Part shown: positions 1 through 12,714 of the stretch, piece by piece
How the letters are laid out: every line of letters begins with the position of its first letter
How positions within the stretch are numbered: the stretch's first letter is position 1
Assembly: GCF_055900595.2 (NCBI RefSeq)
Contig: NZ_CM148325.1
Length of the DNA stretch: 64,000 nt
Strand: one strand, 5' to 3'
Made by a program: the position numbers and the translations under genes
Notes under the pieces: generated by a model
Database searches by the model: none
What the model was told of the DNA's origin: nothing
Seen by the model: only the letters and a program-made list of their open reading frames with translations

Positions 1-920
1 GGCTGCTCGATAATTTTGGCTGCGCCCGCTTTTTCCAGCGGTAGCGCATTCCAGTATTGCTGGCGGTCTTTATGTTGAAACGGCACAAACAATGCCGGTA
101 GCCCCGCTGCGGCAATTTCACTCACCGTTAACGCGCCGGAGCGGCAAACAACGACATCTGCCCACGCATACGCTGCCGCCATATCATCAATAAATTCCGT
201 CACTTTATGCTGCGGTTGCCCTGCTTCGGCATATGCCTGTTCAACGGTTTGTTGCGAACCTTTGCCGCTCTGATGCCAGATAGTGACTGAATCGCCCAGC
301 TTTGCTGCAACCTGCGGCATTGTTTGGTTAAGAATACGAGCGCCCTGAGAACCGCCCACTACCAACACACGAACCGGACCTTCACGACCAGCCAAACGTT
401 GCTGCGGCAGTGGCAACGCCAACACATCGGTACGAACAGGATTACCCACCACTTCCGCATTAGGGAAAGCGCCTGGAAACGCCTGCATCACTTTGGTGGC
501 AATCTTCGCCAGCCATTTATTGGTTAAGCCCGCAATACCGTTTTGTTCATGAAGTACAACCGGAATGCCTAACGACCACGCAGCCAGTCCACCTGGACCT
601 GATACGTAGCCGCCCATACCGAGCACCACATCAGGTTTGAACGCTTTCATAATCGCCCGCGCCTGACGCCAGGCGTTAAAGATTCGCAGCGGTGCGGCAA
701 TCAGTGCTTTTATACCTTTACCACGCAGACCAGAGATACGAATGAAATCAATTTCGATGCCATGTTTTGGCACTAAGTCCGCTTCCATACGGTCGGCAGT
801 CCCTAACCAGCGAACTTGCCAACCCTGAGCCATTAGATGGTGCGCAACCGCCAGTCCCGGGAACACATGTCCACCGGTTCCGCCGGCCATCACCATTAAT
901 CGCTTTCCTTGACCACTCAT
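1..920 (-). CDS. murG: MurG, UDP-GlcNAc:lipid I N-acetylglucosaminyltransferase; 3' end (C-terminus) runs off the window start
   Basis: Reverse complement of 841-920 reads ATGAGTGGTCAAGGAAAG..., giving [27 protein letters not shown]. Start overlaps the ftsW stop by 4 nt as expected in the dcw cluster. Not in the ORF track because no stop lies inside the window. Confidence 0.93.
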   Translation of the reverse strand, partial: MSGQGKRLMVMAGGTGGHVFPGLAVAHHLMAQGWQVRWLGTADRMEADLVPKHGIEIDFIRISGLRGKGIKALIAAPLRIFNAWRQARAIMKAFKPDVVLGMGGYVSGPGGLAAWSLGIPVVLHEQNGIAGLTNKWLAKIATKVMQAFPGAFPNAEVVGNPVRTDVLALPLPQQRLAGREGPVRVLVVGGSQGARILNQTMPQVAAKLGDSVTIWHQSGKGSQQTVEQAYAEAGQPQHKVTEFIDDMAAAYAWADVVVCRSGALTVSEIAAAGLPALFVPFQHKDRQQYWNALPLEKAGAAKIIEQ

Positions 921-2161
921 CGTGAACCTCGTACAAACGCCTGCGCTTTCTCCAGACGCGTTTCATAATCAATACGCAACAGCATCATGATGGCTGTCGA
1001 CATAATAAGTAAGCTCGAACCACCGTAACTGATCAGCGGTAATGTCAGACCTTTGGTCGGTAACATCCCCGCTGCCGCGCCTACGTTAACCAGCGCCTGG
1101 AAACTAAACCAGATGCCAATGGAACAGGCGAGAAAACCGGAAAAACGATGGTCAATTTCTAATGCTTTACGGCCAATCGACATCGCACGAAAAGCGACGA
1201 AGAATACCATTAAAAGTGCCAGCACCACACCGACATACCCCAGTTCTTCGCCGATAATGGCGAAAATAAAGTCAGTGTGTGCTTCCGGCAGATACTCCAG
1301 TTTTTGAACCGAGTTACCTAAACCTTGCCCCCACAGTTCGCCGCGACCAAACGCCATCAGCGATTGCGTTAACTGATAGCCGCTACCAAAGGGATCTTCC
1401 CACGGATTCCAGAATGCGGTAACACGGCGGATACGGTACGGTTCGGCGAGGATCAGTAACACAACCGCTGAAATCCCCATGCCGATAATGGCAATGAACT
1501 GCCACAATTTCGCCCCCGCCAGGAACAACATCGCCAGCGTGGTCACAAACAGCACCACCACCGTACCAAGGTCTGGCTGTGCCAGCAGTAACACTGCCAA
1601 CACCAGAATCACGCCCATCGGTTTCAAGAAGCCGCGCAGGTTATTACGCACTTCGTCGCCTTTACGCACCAGATAGTTGGCGATATAGCAAAACAGCGAC
1701 AGTTTTGTCAGCTCCGCAGGCTGGATACGCAGCAAGCCGAGATCGATCCAACGCGATGCCCCTTTAACAGAGCTACCCACTACCAGAACGATCATCAACA
1801 GGATGATTGAACCGAGTAGCATCGTAGCGCTGTAACGTTGCCAGAACTCCATCGGCAGACGCAGCGTAATGATCGCCAGAATGAACGCCAGGATCAGGTA
1901 GACGCCATCACGCTTAGCGAAGAAAAAGGGATCGTTAGTCAAGCGTTGTCCGATAGGCATTGATGCGGACGTCACCATGATAAAGCCGATCGCCGCGAGG
2001 CCGAAGGTCAGCCACAGTAAGGTGCGATCGTACATGATCAGGCTTTCGGTATCTTTTTCCCGCGAGCCCATCACCCAGCCCTTTAGCGCCGTGGAGATCC
2101 AGACCAGGATACTGAATCCTGGCAGGCGCGGCATTTTCAGGCGAGGGAGAGATAAACGCAT
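917..2161 (-). CDS. ftsW: FtsW, lipid II flippase / SEDS peptidoglycan polymerase
   Basis: ORF-track 415 aa ([22 protein letters not shown]...); second Met gives the 414-aa FtsW length. Polytopic membrane protein in dcw order. Confidence 0.95.
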   Translation of the reverse strand: MRLSLPRLKMPRLPGFSILVWISTALKGWVMGSREKDTESLIMYDRTLLWLTFGLAAIGFIMVTSASMPIGQRLTNDPFFFAKRDGVYLILAFILAIITLRLPMEFWQRYSATMLLGSIILLMIVLVVGSSVKGASRWIDLGLLRIQPAELTKLSLFCYIANYLVRKGDEVRNNLRGFLKPMGVILVLAVLLLAQPDLGTVVVLFVTTLAMLFLAGAKLWQFIAIIGMGISAVVLLILAEPYRIRRVTAFWNPWEDPFGSGYQLTQSLMAFGRGELWGQGLGNSVQKLEYLPEAHTDFIFAIIGEELGYVGVVLALLMVFFVAFRAMSIGRKALEIDHRFSGFLACSIGIWFSFQALVNVGAAAGMLPTKGLTLPLISYGGSSLLIMSTAIMMLLRIDYETRLEKAQAFVRGSR

Positions 2162-3477
2162 CAACCTAACTCCTTCGCCAGACGGGCAAACTCATTGCCT
2201 CGTTGTTCAAAGTTCTTGAATTGATCAAGGCTGGCACAGGCCGGGGAGAGCAGAACCATATCTCCTGGTTGAACACGCGGAGCCAGCAAGCGCATCGCCT
2301 GTTCCATGGTTTCGGTTTGTTCTGCCACTTCCGGGCGCAGTGCCGCCAGCTGTGCGCCGTCACGACCGAAACAATACAAACGTACGTTATCGCCATTCAG
2401 GTAACGTGCCAGCGGACTAAAGTCCGCCGATTTACCATCGCCGCCCAGCAACAAATGCAGCGTGCCATCTACGTGCAGGCCATTCAGCGCCGCTTCCGTA
2501 CTGCCGACATTGGTCGCTTTCGAGTCGTTAATCCAGCGCACACCGTTATGTTCCAGCACCACTTCAAAGCGATGCGGCAAACCAGTGAACGTAGTTAACG
2601 CTTTCAGGCTACTGGCGCGTGGCAAACCAGCTGCGTCTGCCAGCGCCAGTGCCGCCAGCGCATTGGTGTAGTTATGCTGACCGGAAAGTTTCATCTCTTT
2701 CACGTTCAACACTTTCTCGCCTTTCACCCGCAGCCAGGTTTCACCCTGCTGATGATTCAAGTGATAGTCGCCCATATTGATACCAAAGCTAACGCAGCGT
2801 TCATCCGCACCACGAATCGGCATTGTTAAGGCATCATCAGCATTAACCACGCAAACTTTCGCATTTTCATAAATGCGCAGTTTTGCCGCACGATACTGCT
2901 GTAAACCAAATGGATAGCGATCCATATGATCTTCTGTCACGTTCAGAATGGTCGCTGCCACCGCCTGTAAACTGGAGGTGGTTTCAAGCTGGAAGCTCGA
3001 CAGCTCCAGCACGTACAGTTCGCACTCATCATCCAGCAGCATCAACGCAGGCAGGCCAATATTGCCACCCACACCAACGTTAACCCCCGCCGCTTTCGCC
3101 ATTTCACCCACTAGCGTGGTGACCGTGCTTTTGCCGTTAGAACCGGTAATCGCCACAATCGGTGCTTGTGCTTCGCGACAGAACAGCTCGATATCGCCAA
3201 CGATTTCGATTCCGGCATCAGCGGCAGCGCTTAAGGATGGATGCGCCAGTGCAATACCGGGACTGGCGACAATCAGATCGGCCGCCATCAGCCATTCATC
3301 ATTCAGACCGCCCGTGTGGCGTTCTACGGCTTCGGGTAATTTATCCAGGCCAGGCGGTGTCATACGCGTATCCATAACGCGCGGCGTCACACCGCGAGCG
3401 AGGAAAAAGTCCACGCAAGAAAGCCCGGTGAGGCCCAGGCCGATAATGACGACATTTTTACCCTGGTAATCAGCCAT
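2161..3477 (-). CDS. murD: MurD, UDP-N-acetylmuramoylalanine--D-glutamate ligase
   Basis: 438 aa ORF starting [21 protein letters not shown]; Mur ligase P-loop GSNGKST; position between ftsW and mraY. Confidence 0.96.
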   Translation of the reverse strand: MADYQGKNVVIIGLGLTGLSCVDFFLARGVTPRVMDTRMTPPGLDKLPEAVERHTGGLNDEWLMAADLIVASPGIALAHPSLSAAADAGIEIVGDIELFCREAQAPIVAITGSNGKSTVTTLVGEMAKAAGVNVGVGGNIGLPALMLLDDECELYVLELSSFQLETTSSLQAVAATILNVTEDHMDRYPFGLQQYRAAKLRIYENAKVCVVNADDALTMPIRGADERCVSFGINMGDYHLNHQQGETWLRVKGEKVLNVKEMKLSGQHNYTNALAALALADAAGLPRASSLKALTTFTGLPHRFEVVLEHNGVRWINDSKATNVGSTEAALNGLHVDGTLHLLLGGDGKSADFSPLARYLNGDNVRLYCFGRDGAQLAALRPEVAEQTETMEQAMRLLAPRVQPGDMVLLSPACASLDQFKNFEQRGNEFARLAKELG

Positions 3478-3479
3478 GA

Positions 3480-4562
3480 TTAACGTACCTTCAGCGTTGC
3501 CAGACCAATCAGGACCAGCATCAGCGAAATAATCCAGAAACGTACAATGACGCGCGGTTCCGGCCAGCCTTTCAGTTCATAGTGGTGATGAATCGGTGCC
3601 ATGCGGAAAATACGTTGTCCGCGCAGTTTAAAGGAGCCGACCTGCAAAATAACCGACAGGGTTTCAACGACAAACACGCCGCCCATAATCACCAGCAGGA
3701 ATTCCTGACGCAGCAGTACGGCGATAATGCCCAGCGCGCCACCTAACGCCAGCGAACCTACATCGCCCATAAAGACCTGCGCCGGATAGGTGTTAAACCA
3801 CAAGAAGCCCAGCCCTGCCCCGACTATCGCGGTACAGACAATGACCAGTTCCCCGGCGTGTCGCAGATACGGTATGTGTAAATAGCTGGCAAAATTCATG
3901 TTGCCGGTTGCCCATGCCACCAGCGCAAAACCACCGGCGACGAATACAGTCGGCATAATCGCCAGGCCATCAAGACCATCGGTCAGGTTTACCGCGTTGC
4001 CGGTGCCCACAATGACGAAGTAAGCCAGCAGAATGTAGAACAGCCCCAACTGCGGCATCACATCTTTAAAGAACGGGACCACCAGCTGCGTTGCAGGCGT
4101 GTCTTTCCCGGCAAGGTACAAAGCAAAAGCAACACCCAGCGCAATAACCGACATCCAGAAATACTTCCAGCGAGCAATCAACCCCTTGGTGTCTTTACGC
4201 ACCACTTTGCGATAGTCATCAACGAAGCCAATAACACCGTAACCGACCAGCACGACCAACACGCACCAGACATACGGGTTGGACGGGTATGCCCACAGCA
4301 GCACGGAGATCACAATCGCTGTCAGGATCATAATCCCGCCCATGGTCGGCGTACCGCGCTTGCTGAAGTGTGATTCAGGACCGTCGTTACGCACCACCTG
4401 ACCAAAGGAGAGTTTTTGTAAATGAGCAATCATGCGCGGGCCCATCCACAATGAGATGAACAGCGCAGTCAGCAGGCTGACGATGGCGCGAAACGTCAGA
4501 TAGGAAAAGACGTTAAAGCCGGAATAATATTTGACCAAATGTTCGGCCAGCCAAACTAACAT
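3480..4562 (-). CDS. mraY: MraY, phospho-N-acetylmuramoyl-pentapeptide transferase
   Basis: 360 aa hydrophobic [30 protein letters not shown]...; dcw order. Confidence 0.96.
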
Positions 4563-5914
4563 GTCCCATTCTCCTGTAAAGCGCGTACTACCTCTTCCAT
4601 GGCAGCACTACGTGAACCCTTAACTAAAATTGTAATTACCTGTTGCTCAGCAATCAGTGATTTAAGACGTGTGATAAGCGCAGTTTTATCGGCAAAATGT
4701 TCACCAACGCCGCTGGCGGTACTGATAGCATGGCTTTGTTTACCCACACTTAACACGCGGTCAATACCCGCTGCCTTCGCCGCTTCGCCCACCTGTACAT
4801 GGCAGGCCTCGCTTTCAGCGCCCAGTTCCGCCATATCGCCCACCACCAGCACACGGTAGCCCGGCATTTCAGCCAGTACCTGAACAGCGGCGGTCATGGA
4901 GCCGACGTTAGCGTTGTAGGAGTCGTCGAGCAGCAACTGATTTTCCGCCAGTTGAATGGGGAACAGACGGCCAGGAACAGCTTTCAGATTTGCCAGCCCC
5001 GCTTTAATAGCATCAAGCGTTGCGCCCACGGACATGGAGAGCGCAGCGGCTGCCAGAGCATTCGCAATATTGTGACGCCCCGGCAACGGCAGCAGAACAT
5101 CGACGCTACCCGTTGGGGTTTGCAGCGTAAATTCCGTACCGTGCGAGGTCACGTGGATATTGGTGGCGGTGAAATCGCTGTTGTTAGCATTCGGTGAGAA
5201 GCGCCACACTTTGCGTGAGCCAATCACACTCTGCCAGTTCAGCCAGTCGTTGTTGTCGGCATTCATAATGGCGATACCGTTTTCCGGCAGACCGGTAAAG
5301 ATTTCGCCTTTCGCTTTCGCGACACCCGCAAGCGAGCCAAAACCTTCCAGATGCGCCGCTGCCAGGTTGTTGACCAGCGCCGCTTCCGGGCGAGTCAGAC
5401 TCACAGTCCAGGCAATTTCGCCCTGATGGTTCGCGCCAAGTTCAATTACTGCGTAATCGTACTCTGGCGTTAAGCGCAACAGCGTCATCGGTACACCGAT
5501 GTCGTTGTTGAGATTGCCTGCCGTATAAAGCGTGTTGCCACACTGGCTTAAAATCGCCGCCGTCATCTCTTTAACGGAGGTTTTGCCGGAGGAACCGGTC
5601 AGAGCAACCACGCGCGCCGGAACTTGCTGGCGAACCCATGCAGCCAGTTCACCAAACGCCAGACGCGTATCCTTGACGATTAACTGCGGCAGATCGATAT
5701 CCAGCGGACGGCTAACCAGTAGTGCACCCGCACCGCCAGCTTTCGCCTGGTCAGCAAAATCATGGGCATCGAAACGTTCGCCTTTCAGGGCAACAAACAG
5801 GCAGCCCGGCGTCAGTTTTCGCGTGTCAGTGGTTACAGCATCAAGGGTAATATCTGCACCTTGCAGTTCACCGTTGAGAATATCGGTAAGTTGGCTAAGG
5901 GTTACGCTAATCAT
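4556..5914 (-). CDS. murF: MurF, UDP-MurNAc-tripeptide--D-alanyl-D-alanine ligase
   Basis: 452 aa [20 protein letters not shown]...; P-loop TGSSGKTS; overlaps mraY start by 7 nt. Confidence 0.96.
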
Positions 5915-7398
5915 GCAATCACCCCCAGCAGACGCGCCACCGTGACGCGATCGGAGTAGTCCAGACGCTGATTGCCAACAATCTGGTAATCCTCATGACC
6001 TTTGCCCGCGACCAGTACCACATCATTCTCTTTAGCCTGCATAACGGCGCAAGTCACCGCTTCAGCACGGCCTTCCATCACTTTGGCATGTCCGGCATCT
6101 AACATTCCCGCCAGAATATCGTTGATGATAGCGCGCGGTTCTTCGGTACGCGGGTTATCGTCCGTTACCACCGCCACGTCAGCAAATTCTTCCGCAATCG
6201 CGCCCATCAGTGGACGCTTACCTTTATCGCGATCGCCACCACAGCCAAAGACGCACCACAGCTTGCCTGCACAGTGAAGACGTGCAGCCTGCAAGGCTTT
6301 TTCCAGTGCATCCGGCGTATGCGCGTAATCCACCACTACCGTCGGTTTGCCTGGCGCAGTGAACACTTCCATACGTCCACAAACCGGCTGCAGGCGTGCG
6401 GCAGTTTTCAGCAGATCAGCCAGTGGATAGCCCAGCGCCAGCAGTGTCGCCAGCGCCAGCAGCAAGTTGCTGACGTTAAAAGCGCCCATCAGATGGCTTT
6501 CAATTTCGCCATCGCCCCAGCTTGAGCTAAAACGAATAGTCGCACCGCTGTCGTGATAGTTCACTTCAGTCGCTTTCAACCAGCGTCCGTGACAGTTCGG
6601 ATTGATATGACCTTCCATTGATACCGCAACCGCGTCCGGCAGTTTTGCCAGCCAGCGGCGGCCCACTTCATCGTCGGCGTTAATAATCGCCTGACCGCAA
6701 TGATGTTCAGAATAAAGCAGCCATTTCGCGGCTTCGTAGTGTTCCATATCACCATGATAATCAAGGTGATCGCGGCTTAAGTTGGTAAAGACCGACGCCG
6801 CAAATTTCAATGCCGCCACACGGTGCTGTACCAGTCCGTGGGAGGAAACTTCCATTGCGCAAAAAGTCGCGCCCTGATCCACCAGTCCCGCCAGCTCATG
6901 CTGAACATCGACTGCCGAACCGGTGGTATTTTCTGTCGGGATCACTTTTCCCAGCAGGCCGTTACCAACAGTCCCCATTACCGCGCTGGTTTCGCCAAGC
7001 AGTTGGCTCCACTGCGCCAGAAGCTGAGTAGTCGTAGTCTTGCCGTTGGTGCCCGTTACGCCCACGAGACGGAAATTGTCAGAGGGTTCATGGTAAAAGC
7101 GGCCCGCCAGTGCAGATAAACGCTCGTTGAGCTGGCTGAGATAGATGACTGGTACGCCGTGCATTTCACGGATTTCACCGTCGGTCGCCTCATCTTTCGC
7201 CTCTGCAATAATGGCAGCCACACCTTGCGCTATCGCCTGCGGGATATATCGACGCCCGTCCGCCTGATGACCTACTACAGCTACAAAGAGATCGCCCGCC
7301 GCAGCCACACGGCTGTCGAGTGTCATCTCTCGCAGTGCTCGCGAAGGTGCGTCTGGCACCCACGGAGCAAGAAGGTCGCGCAAATTACGATCTGCCAC
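5911..7398 (-). CDS. murE: MurE, UDP-MurNAc-L-Ala-D-Glu--meso-diaminopimelate ligase
   Basis: 495 aa [21 protein letters not shown]...; P-loop GTNGKTT; dcw order. Confidence 0.96.
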
Positions 7399-9151
7399 CT
7401 GTCCCCTCGCCTTGATTAATCACAAATTCATTTTTATCGCCCGTTGTCAGCGCATCCGGCTCGATGTTCATGGTACGCAATACGCCGCCCATGATGGCAC
7501 CAAAGACCGGCGCGGAAACGGCGCCGCCGTAGTATTTACCCGCCTGCGGATCGTTGATAACAACAACCAGCGCGAAGCGCGGCTGACTCGCAGGCGCAAC
7601 GCCTGCGGTATAAGCAATATATTTATTGATGTAGCGACCGTCCGGCCCGACCTTTTTCGCGGTACCGGTTTTAATGGCGATACGATAGCCTTTAATCGCC
7701 GCCTTCACGCCGCCACCGCCCGGTAGCGCCACGCTTTCCATCATATGCACCACGGTGCGAACAATGGACTCCGGGAAGACACGTTCACCGGGAACCGGGG
7801 GATCAACTTTGGTAATCGACAGCGGGCGATAAATGCCATAGCTGCCGATAGTTGCGTAGACTCGCGCTAACTGTAACGGTGTTACCATTAGCCCATAGCC
7901 GAAAGAGAAGGTGGCCCTCTCTATGTCAGACCACCGTTGTTTTTGAGGATATAAGCCACTGCGTTCTCCGACCAACCCCAAATTGGTCGCTTTTCCCAGT
8001 CCAAAACGTGAGTAAGTATCTACTAACGCTGAGGACGGCATCGCTAACGCCAGCTTGGAAACACCGACGTTACTCGACTTCTGTAATACCCCGGTCAGGG
8101 TTAATTCGCTGTAGCGTGCCACGTCTTTGATTTCGTGGCCGTTAATTCGATAAGGAACGGTATTCAGTACCGAGTTTTCTCGCACCACGCCACGTTGCAA
8201 CGCGGTCATCACCACCATCGGTTTAACCGTTGAACCCGGTTCAAACACGTCGGTAATGGTACGGTTACGCATCGCCTCTTTCGGCGTGCCACTCAGATTG
8301 TTTGGGTTGTATGACGGGCTGTTAGCCATCGCCAGCACTTCACCGGTGTTGACATCCACCAGCACGGCGCTACCAGATTCAGCTTTGTTAAAGGCCACCG
8401 CGTTGTTCAGTTCGCGATAAACCAGCGCCTGCAGGCGTTCATCAATACTCAGCGCCAGGTTGTGCGCCGCCTGACTGTCGGTGGAAGAGATATCTTCAAT
8501 TACGCGACCATAGCGGTCTTTACGCACAATGCGCTCACCCGGCTGCCCGGTAAGCCATTTATCGAAACTCTTCTCGACGCCCTCAATCCCCTGACTATCG
8601 ACGTTAGTAAAGCCGATGAGGTGAGCGGTCACTTCGCCGGATGGATAATAACGGCGAGATTCTTCACGCAGATGAATCCCCGGCAGTTTCAGTTTTTTGA
8701 TGTACTCTGCCATGTCAGGGTTTACCTGACGCGCCAGATAAATAAAGCGCCCTTTCGGGTTGGCGTTAATGCGGGCTGAAAGCTGATCCAGCGGAATATT
8801 GAGTGCGTTAGCCAGCGCCTTCCAGCGATCACCGACGCTGATACCGCCAGCGTCATGCACTTCTTTCGGGTCAGCCCAAATCGCTTTTACCGGCACGCTC
8901 ACCGCTAACGGGCGACCAGAACGGTCAGTAATCATGCCGCGGGAGGTGGAAACTTGCTGAACGCGAAGAGAACGCATGTCGCCCTCTTTTACCAGCATAT
9001 CCGGGGAGATAACTTGTAACCACGCTACGCGTCCGAGCAGAAAAGCCAGCGCCAGGAGAATACAGCCGCATAACAACGCAAAACGCCAACTGATAAAGTT
9101 GGCATGTTCTTCCTGACGTTTTGGTTTCTGCGTTTTCGCCGCTGCTTTCAT
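7385..9151 (-). CDS. ftsI: FtsI (PBP3), septal peptidoglycan transpeptidase
   Basis: 588 aa [32 protein letters not shown]...; transpeptidase motifs STVK, SSN and KTGT are present. Confidence 0.96.
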
Positions 9152-9166
9152 GCGTCGCGTTTATCC

Positions 9167-9532
9167 TTATTTTTGCACTACGATATTTTCTTGTGACGGA
9201 TCAACATGCTGCATTTGCAGCTTTTCCGTGGCGATCCTTTCCACCCGGCTATGGTCGCCGAGCGCATTCTCTTCAAGGATCAGGTTGCGCCATTCAATGT
9301 CTAAAGCATCTCGCTCCAGCACCAGTTGTTCGCGCTGAGCGGTCAGCAAACGGGTGTGGTGCGCCGTGGTTACCACGGTCACCGCCGTCAAAATAATGCA
9401 AATGAACAGGCAGAGTGGCAGCTTCCCAAATCGCAATAGATCGTCACCGATAACACCAGGCAATGCATGGCGCTCGTGGCTTCCCATCGATCCTTTAACT
9501 TTGCTTAGAGCTTCTGTCACTCTGCTGATCAT
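9167..9532 (-). CDS. ftsL: FtsL, cell division protein
   Basis: 121 aa [30 protein letters not shown]... with a single TM segment and leucine-zipper-like C-terminus; lies between rsmH and ftsI. Confidence 0.94.
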
Positions 9533-10470
9533 GCGTTCGTCCTCTCTGCAATACGCAGAACTGAACTACGGGCACGAGGGTTCTCAGCCACCTCTTCTTC
9601 GCCCGGCATTAACTTGCCTAGTGCTCGCAGCTGACGGCCACCCAGTTTTTTGAGCTGCTCTTCAGTCATCGGTAACCCTGCCGGAACTTGCGGACCACGG
9701 CTGTTTTCACGCATAAAGCGTTTCACAATGCGGTCTTCCAGCGAGTGGAAGCTGATGATCGAGAGCCTCCCCCCCGGGGCCAGCACGTTGAGCGAGCTTT
9801 TTAGCGCCTGCTCTATCTCCTCCAGTTCACTGTTTACCCAAATGCGCACCGCCTGGAAGGTACGGGTCGCGGGATGTTTAAACTTATCTTTCACCGGCGT
9901 TGCGGCAGCCACGACTTCCGCCAGTTCTTTGGTGCGGGTCATCGGCTGTTCGCGGTTTCGCTCGACAATGGCGCGGGCAATGCGTTTGGCAAAACGCTCT
10001 TCACCATAGGTTTTCAATACCCAGGCGATATCGGCTTCTTCTGCGGTTTGTAGCCATTCAGCGGCTGACTGCCCACGGGTTGGGTCCATACGCATGTCCA
10101 GCGGACCATCGCGCATAAAGGAAAAGCCGCGTTCAGCATCATCAAGTTGCGGTGAAGAGACGCCAAGATCGAGGAGAATGCCGTCGATCTTGCCGATAAG
10201 ATCGCGCTCGGCAACATATTCGCCCAGCGCGGAGAAAGGTCCGTGGATGATGGAGAAGCGCGGATCATCAATAGTCTTCGCAACGGCGATAGCCTGCGGG
10301 TCGCGATCGATCGCCAGCAAACGCCCCTCTTCGCCAAGCTGCGAGAGGATCAGACGTGAGTGACCACCGCGACCAAAAGTCCCATCAATGTAGATGCCAT
10401 CAGGACGGATATTGAGGCCATTAACGGCTTCATCCAGCAGCACCGTAGTATGTTTATAGTTTTCCATCAT
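9529..10470 (-). CDS. rsmH: RsmH (MraW), 16S rRNA m4C1402 methyltransferase
   Basis: ORF-track frame 9529..10599 is N-extended; internal start [19 protein letters not shown] gives the expected 313 aa. SAM-binding [10 protein letters not shown] motif. Confidence 0.94.
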
Positions 10471-10471
10471 T

Positions 10472-10930
10472 TTATAGAGACAAGTCCTGCAGTCGCTCCG
10501 ATAAGTCTCCGGTAGCCAACTGCTCTGCGTCGATATCTTCCTTGACCTGTTGATGCCAGGTTGTTTCATCCCACAGCTCAAACTTGTTGAACTGTCCAAC
10601 CAGCATCACTTCTTTTGTCAGCCCGGCATGTTGCCGCAGTACTGGCGCGATTAATAATCGACCGGCGCCATCCATCTGACATTCGCTGGCATGACCTAAC
10701 AGAAGGCGCTGCACACGGCGCTCAACCGGGTTCATGCTCGACAGACGCGATAATTTTTGCTCGATAATTTCCCATTCAGGCAGGGGGTAAAGCAGCAGGC
10801 ACGGGTGATGAATGTCAATGGTGCAAACCATTTGACCGGCAGCGTTCTCAAGCAGCTGTTCCCGATAACGGGTAGGCACTGATAAGCGCCCTTTGCTGTC
10901 GAGATTGACTAACGTTGCTCCCCGGAACAT
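10472..10930 (-). CDS. mraZ: MraZ, transcriptional regulator of the dcw cluster
   Basis: ORF-track frame 10472..10966 is N-extended; start [19 protein letters not shown] gives 152 aa. First gene of the dcw cluster. Confidence 0.93.
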
Positions 10931-10949
10931 GCCAGCCTCACCCCTTATT

Positions 10950-11040
10950 CCCACTTTGCCCCACAATTTCCCACTGAAAGGAGTTTACGGAGCGGAGGAA
11001 AAGCTTGTCAAGCCAGTCACAAGGCATACCGAGGTAAAAA
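10950..11040 (-). promoter_or_regulatory. mraZ/dcw promoter region with three direct GTGGG repeats (MraZ operator-like)
   Basis: Reverse complement of 10950-10976 is GTGGGAAATTGTGGGGCAAAGTGGG: three GTGGG repeats with 5-nt spacers just upstream of the mraZ start. A TTGACA-N17-GTAAAC promoter-like element lies further upstream on the same strand. Confidence 0.7.
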
Positions 11041-11530
11041 ACCCGATGTTTACGGCTAATATCAGCGTTGTTTATTTTACGTCCAACGTGCGAAGCAAAT
11101 TAACGTTATGAATAGCTGTAAGAAAAAATCCCTCATGGTCATCACCGTTTTAAAATGACTAACTATTTTCCACAGCAAATATAAAGTGTCAGTTTGCGAC
11201 GCGAGCGGCATTTTAGGACATATCTTCCCCAGTTAACAGTCCCTGTTGCGTCTGTGTGGCGCTTGATGCCAGCAGGTTTGCGCAAAAGCAAAGAAAAGTG
11301 TTTGTTAAATCGGCAATTCATCTCTGCATGTAACAAAATAATGCAAAAACGCTCTGTCAATATTGCTTAATTATTGTGAATTTCAGCAGGTGAGTTAATT
11401 AATGGGCGGGTTTAAAAGCATTTATCAATAATAGCCAGGAATAGTCTTATTTACTTTAAGGATATTGATGTCCATTCCCGTACTCGACGCGCCAATGAGA
11501 AATTCACTGGCGCGTATTTTTGTTCGCGGC

Positions 11531-12535
11531 TTAGTTACGGCTGAGCACGCCGCGGCGATAGAGATTACGTTTAATGCGCGTTAACCCAGGTTTTGGCTTA
11601 CGCGGTTCGTCCAGGCTTGCCAGGACAATTTCCAGCACACGCTCTGCGACATCGCGGTGACGTTGAGCCACTGCCAGCACCGGGCACTGTAAGAAGTCGA
11701 GCAGTTCGTTATCGCCAAAGGTGGCAATTGCCAGGTCAGAAGGCAGTTTGCCATCGCGACGCAGCGTGACATCCATCACCCCTTGCAACAACGCAAACGA
11801 CGTTGTGAACAGCGCCTGCGGCATCGGATGCGTTTCCAGCCATTTTTCGAATAACTGGGCAGCCGCCTCCCGCTCATAACTGTTGGCATAAAGGAAATGC
11901 ACTTCGCGCGGATCATCTTTCCAGGCAGTACGGAAACCTTGCTCACGCAAGAAGCTCACAGAAAGCTCCGGCAGCGCGCCAAGATAAAGCACCGTCTCGG
12001 CGGGAAACTTACGTAACTCTTCCGCCAGCATTTCGGCATCATCCTGATCGGCACCAACCACGCTGGTGAAGTGTTCACGATCGAGGGCGCGGTCCAGCGC
12101 GACAATCGGGAACGGGTCGTTAGCCCAGCGTTGATAAAAAGGATGCTCTGGTGGCAACGACGTCGAAACAATAATGGCATCAACCTGACGCTGTAGAAGA
12201 TGCTCAATACAACGCATTTCGTTGTCTGGCTGATCTTCTGAGCAAGCAATCAGCAGTTGATAACCCCGTTGCCGCGCCTGACGTTCAAGATAATTAGCGA
12301 TGCGGGTATAGCTGGTGTTCTCCAGATCGGGGATCACAAGACCAATAGAACGTGTGCGTCCAGCACGAAGCCCAGCTGCCACGGCGTTCGGGTGGTAATT
12401 GTGCTCACGCACCACAGCCATGACTTTTTCAACGGTTTTGTCGCTCACACGGTATTGCTTCGCTTTGCCGTTAATAACATAGCTTGCAGTGGTCCGCGAC
12501 ACTCCCGCTAGCCGAGCGATTTCATCCAGTTTCAC
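11531..12535 (-). CDS. cra: Cra (FruR), catabolite repressor/activator, LacI family
   Basis: 334 aa [37 protein letters not shown]...; N-terminal HTH plus periplasmic-binding-protein-like fold. Confidence 0.95.
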   Translation of the reverse strand: MKLDEIARLAGVSRTTASYVINGKAKQYRVSDKTVEKVMAVVREHNYHPNAVAAGLRAGRTRSIGLVIPDLENTSYTRIANYLERQARQRGYQLLIACSEDQPDNEMRCIEHLLQRQVDAIIVSTSLPPEHPFYQRWANDPFPIVALDRALDREHFTSVVGADQDDAEMLAEELRKFPAETVLYLGALPELSVSFLREQGFRTAWKDDPREVHFLYANSYEREAAAQLFEKWLETHPMPQALFTTSFALLQGVMDVTLRRDGKLPSDLAIATFGDNELLDFLQCPVLAVAQRHRDVAERVLEIVLASLDEPRKPKPGLTRIKRNLYRRGVLSRN

Positions 12536-12659
12536 AATTGCCCCTTGCGTAAAATGTAAAAACCATAGCCATTGTACTGGTATGGGTTAAATTCATTAAC
12601 ATCTAAGCGCAGAAAATTAACTGCGGCAACTGCTTTTATTCCAGGTTCCCACTGAATTC

Positions 12660-12690
12660 GCAAAAAAAGCCCAACGTGACATGTTGGGCT
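12660..12690 (-). terminator. Intrinsic terminator downstream of ilvH
   Basis: Minus-strand RNA forms AGCCCAAC-ATGTCAC-GTTGGGCT followed by a 7-U run, about 25 nt after the ilvH stop. Confidence 0.7.
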
Positions 12691-12714
12691 GCAAATTGCG
12701 CATTGAGATCATTC

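Noticed and set aside
2948-3469. 173-aa plus-strand ORF
   Set aside because: Lies entirely antisense within murD, is Ser/Pro/Ala-rich with low-complexity composition, and has no homology signal; a typical shadow ORF of a GC-rich coding region.
9529-10599. N-terminally extended ORF-track versions of rsmH (also mraZ, ilvH, leuO, araC, folA, kefC, fixA, caiD, djlA, thiQ, apaG, leuD)
   Set aside because: In each case an internal start codon with a plausible Shine-Dalgarno gives the known protein N-terminus and length; the longer frames are just the absence of an upstream in-frame stop.
11163-11360. 65-aa minus-strand ORF in the cra-mraZ intergenic region
   Set aside because: No convincing ribosome-binding site, Cys/Arg-rich odd composition, and it overlaps the expected mraZ promoter/upstream region; treated as non-coding.
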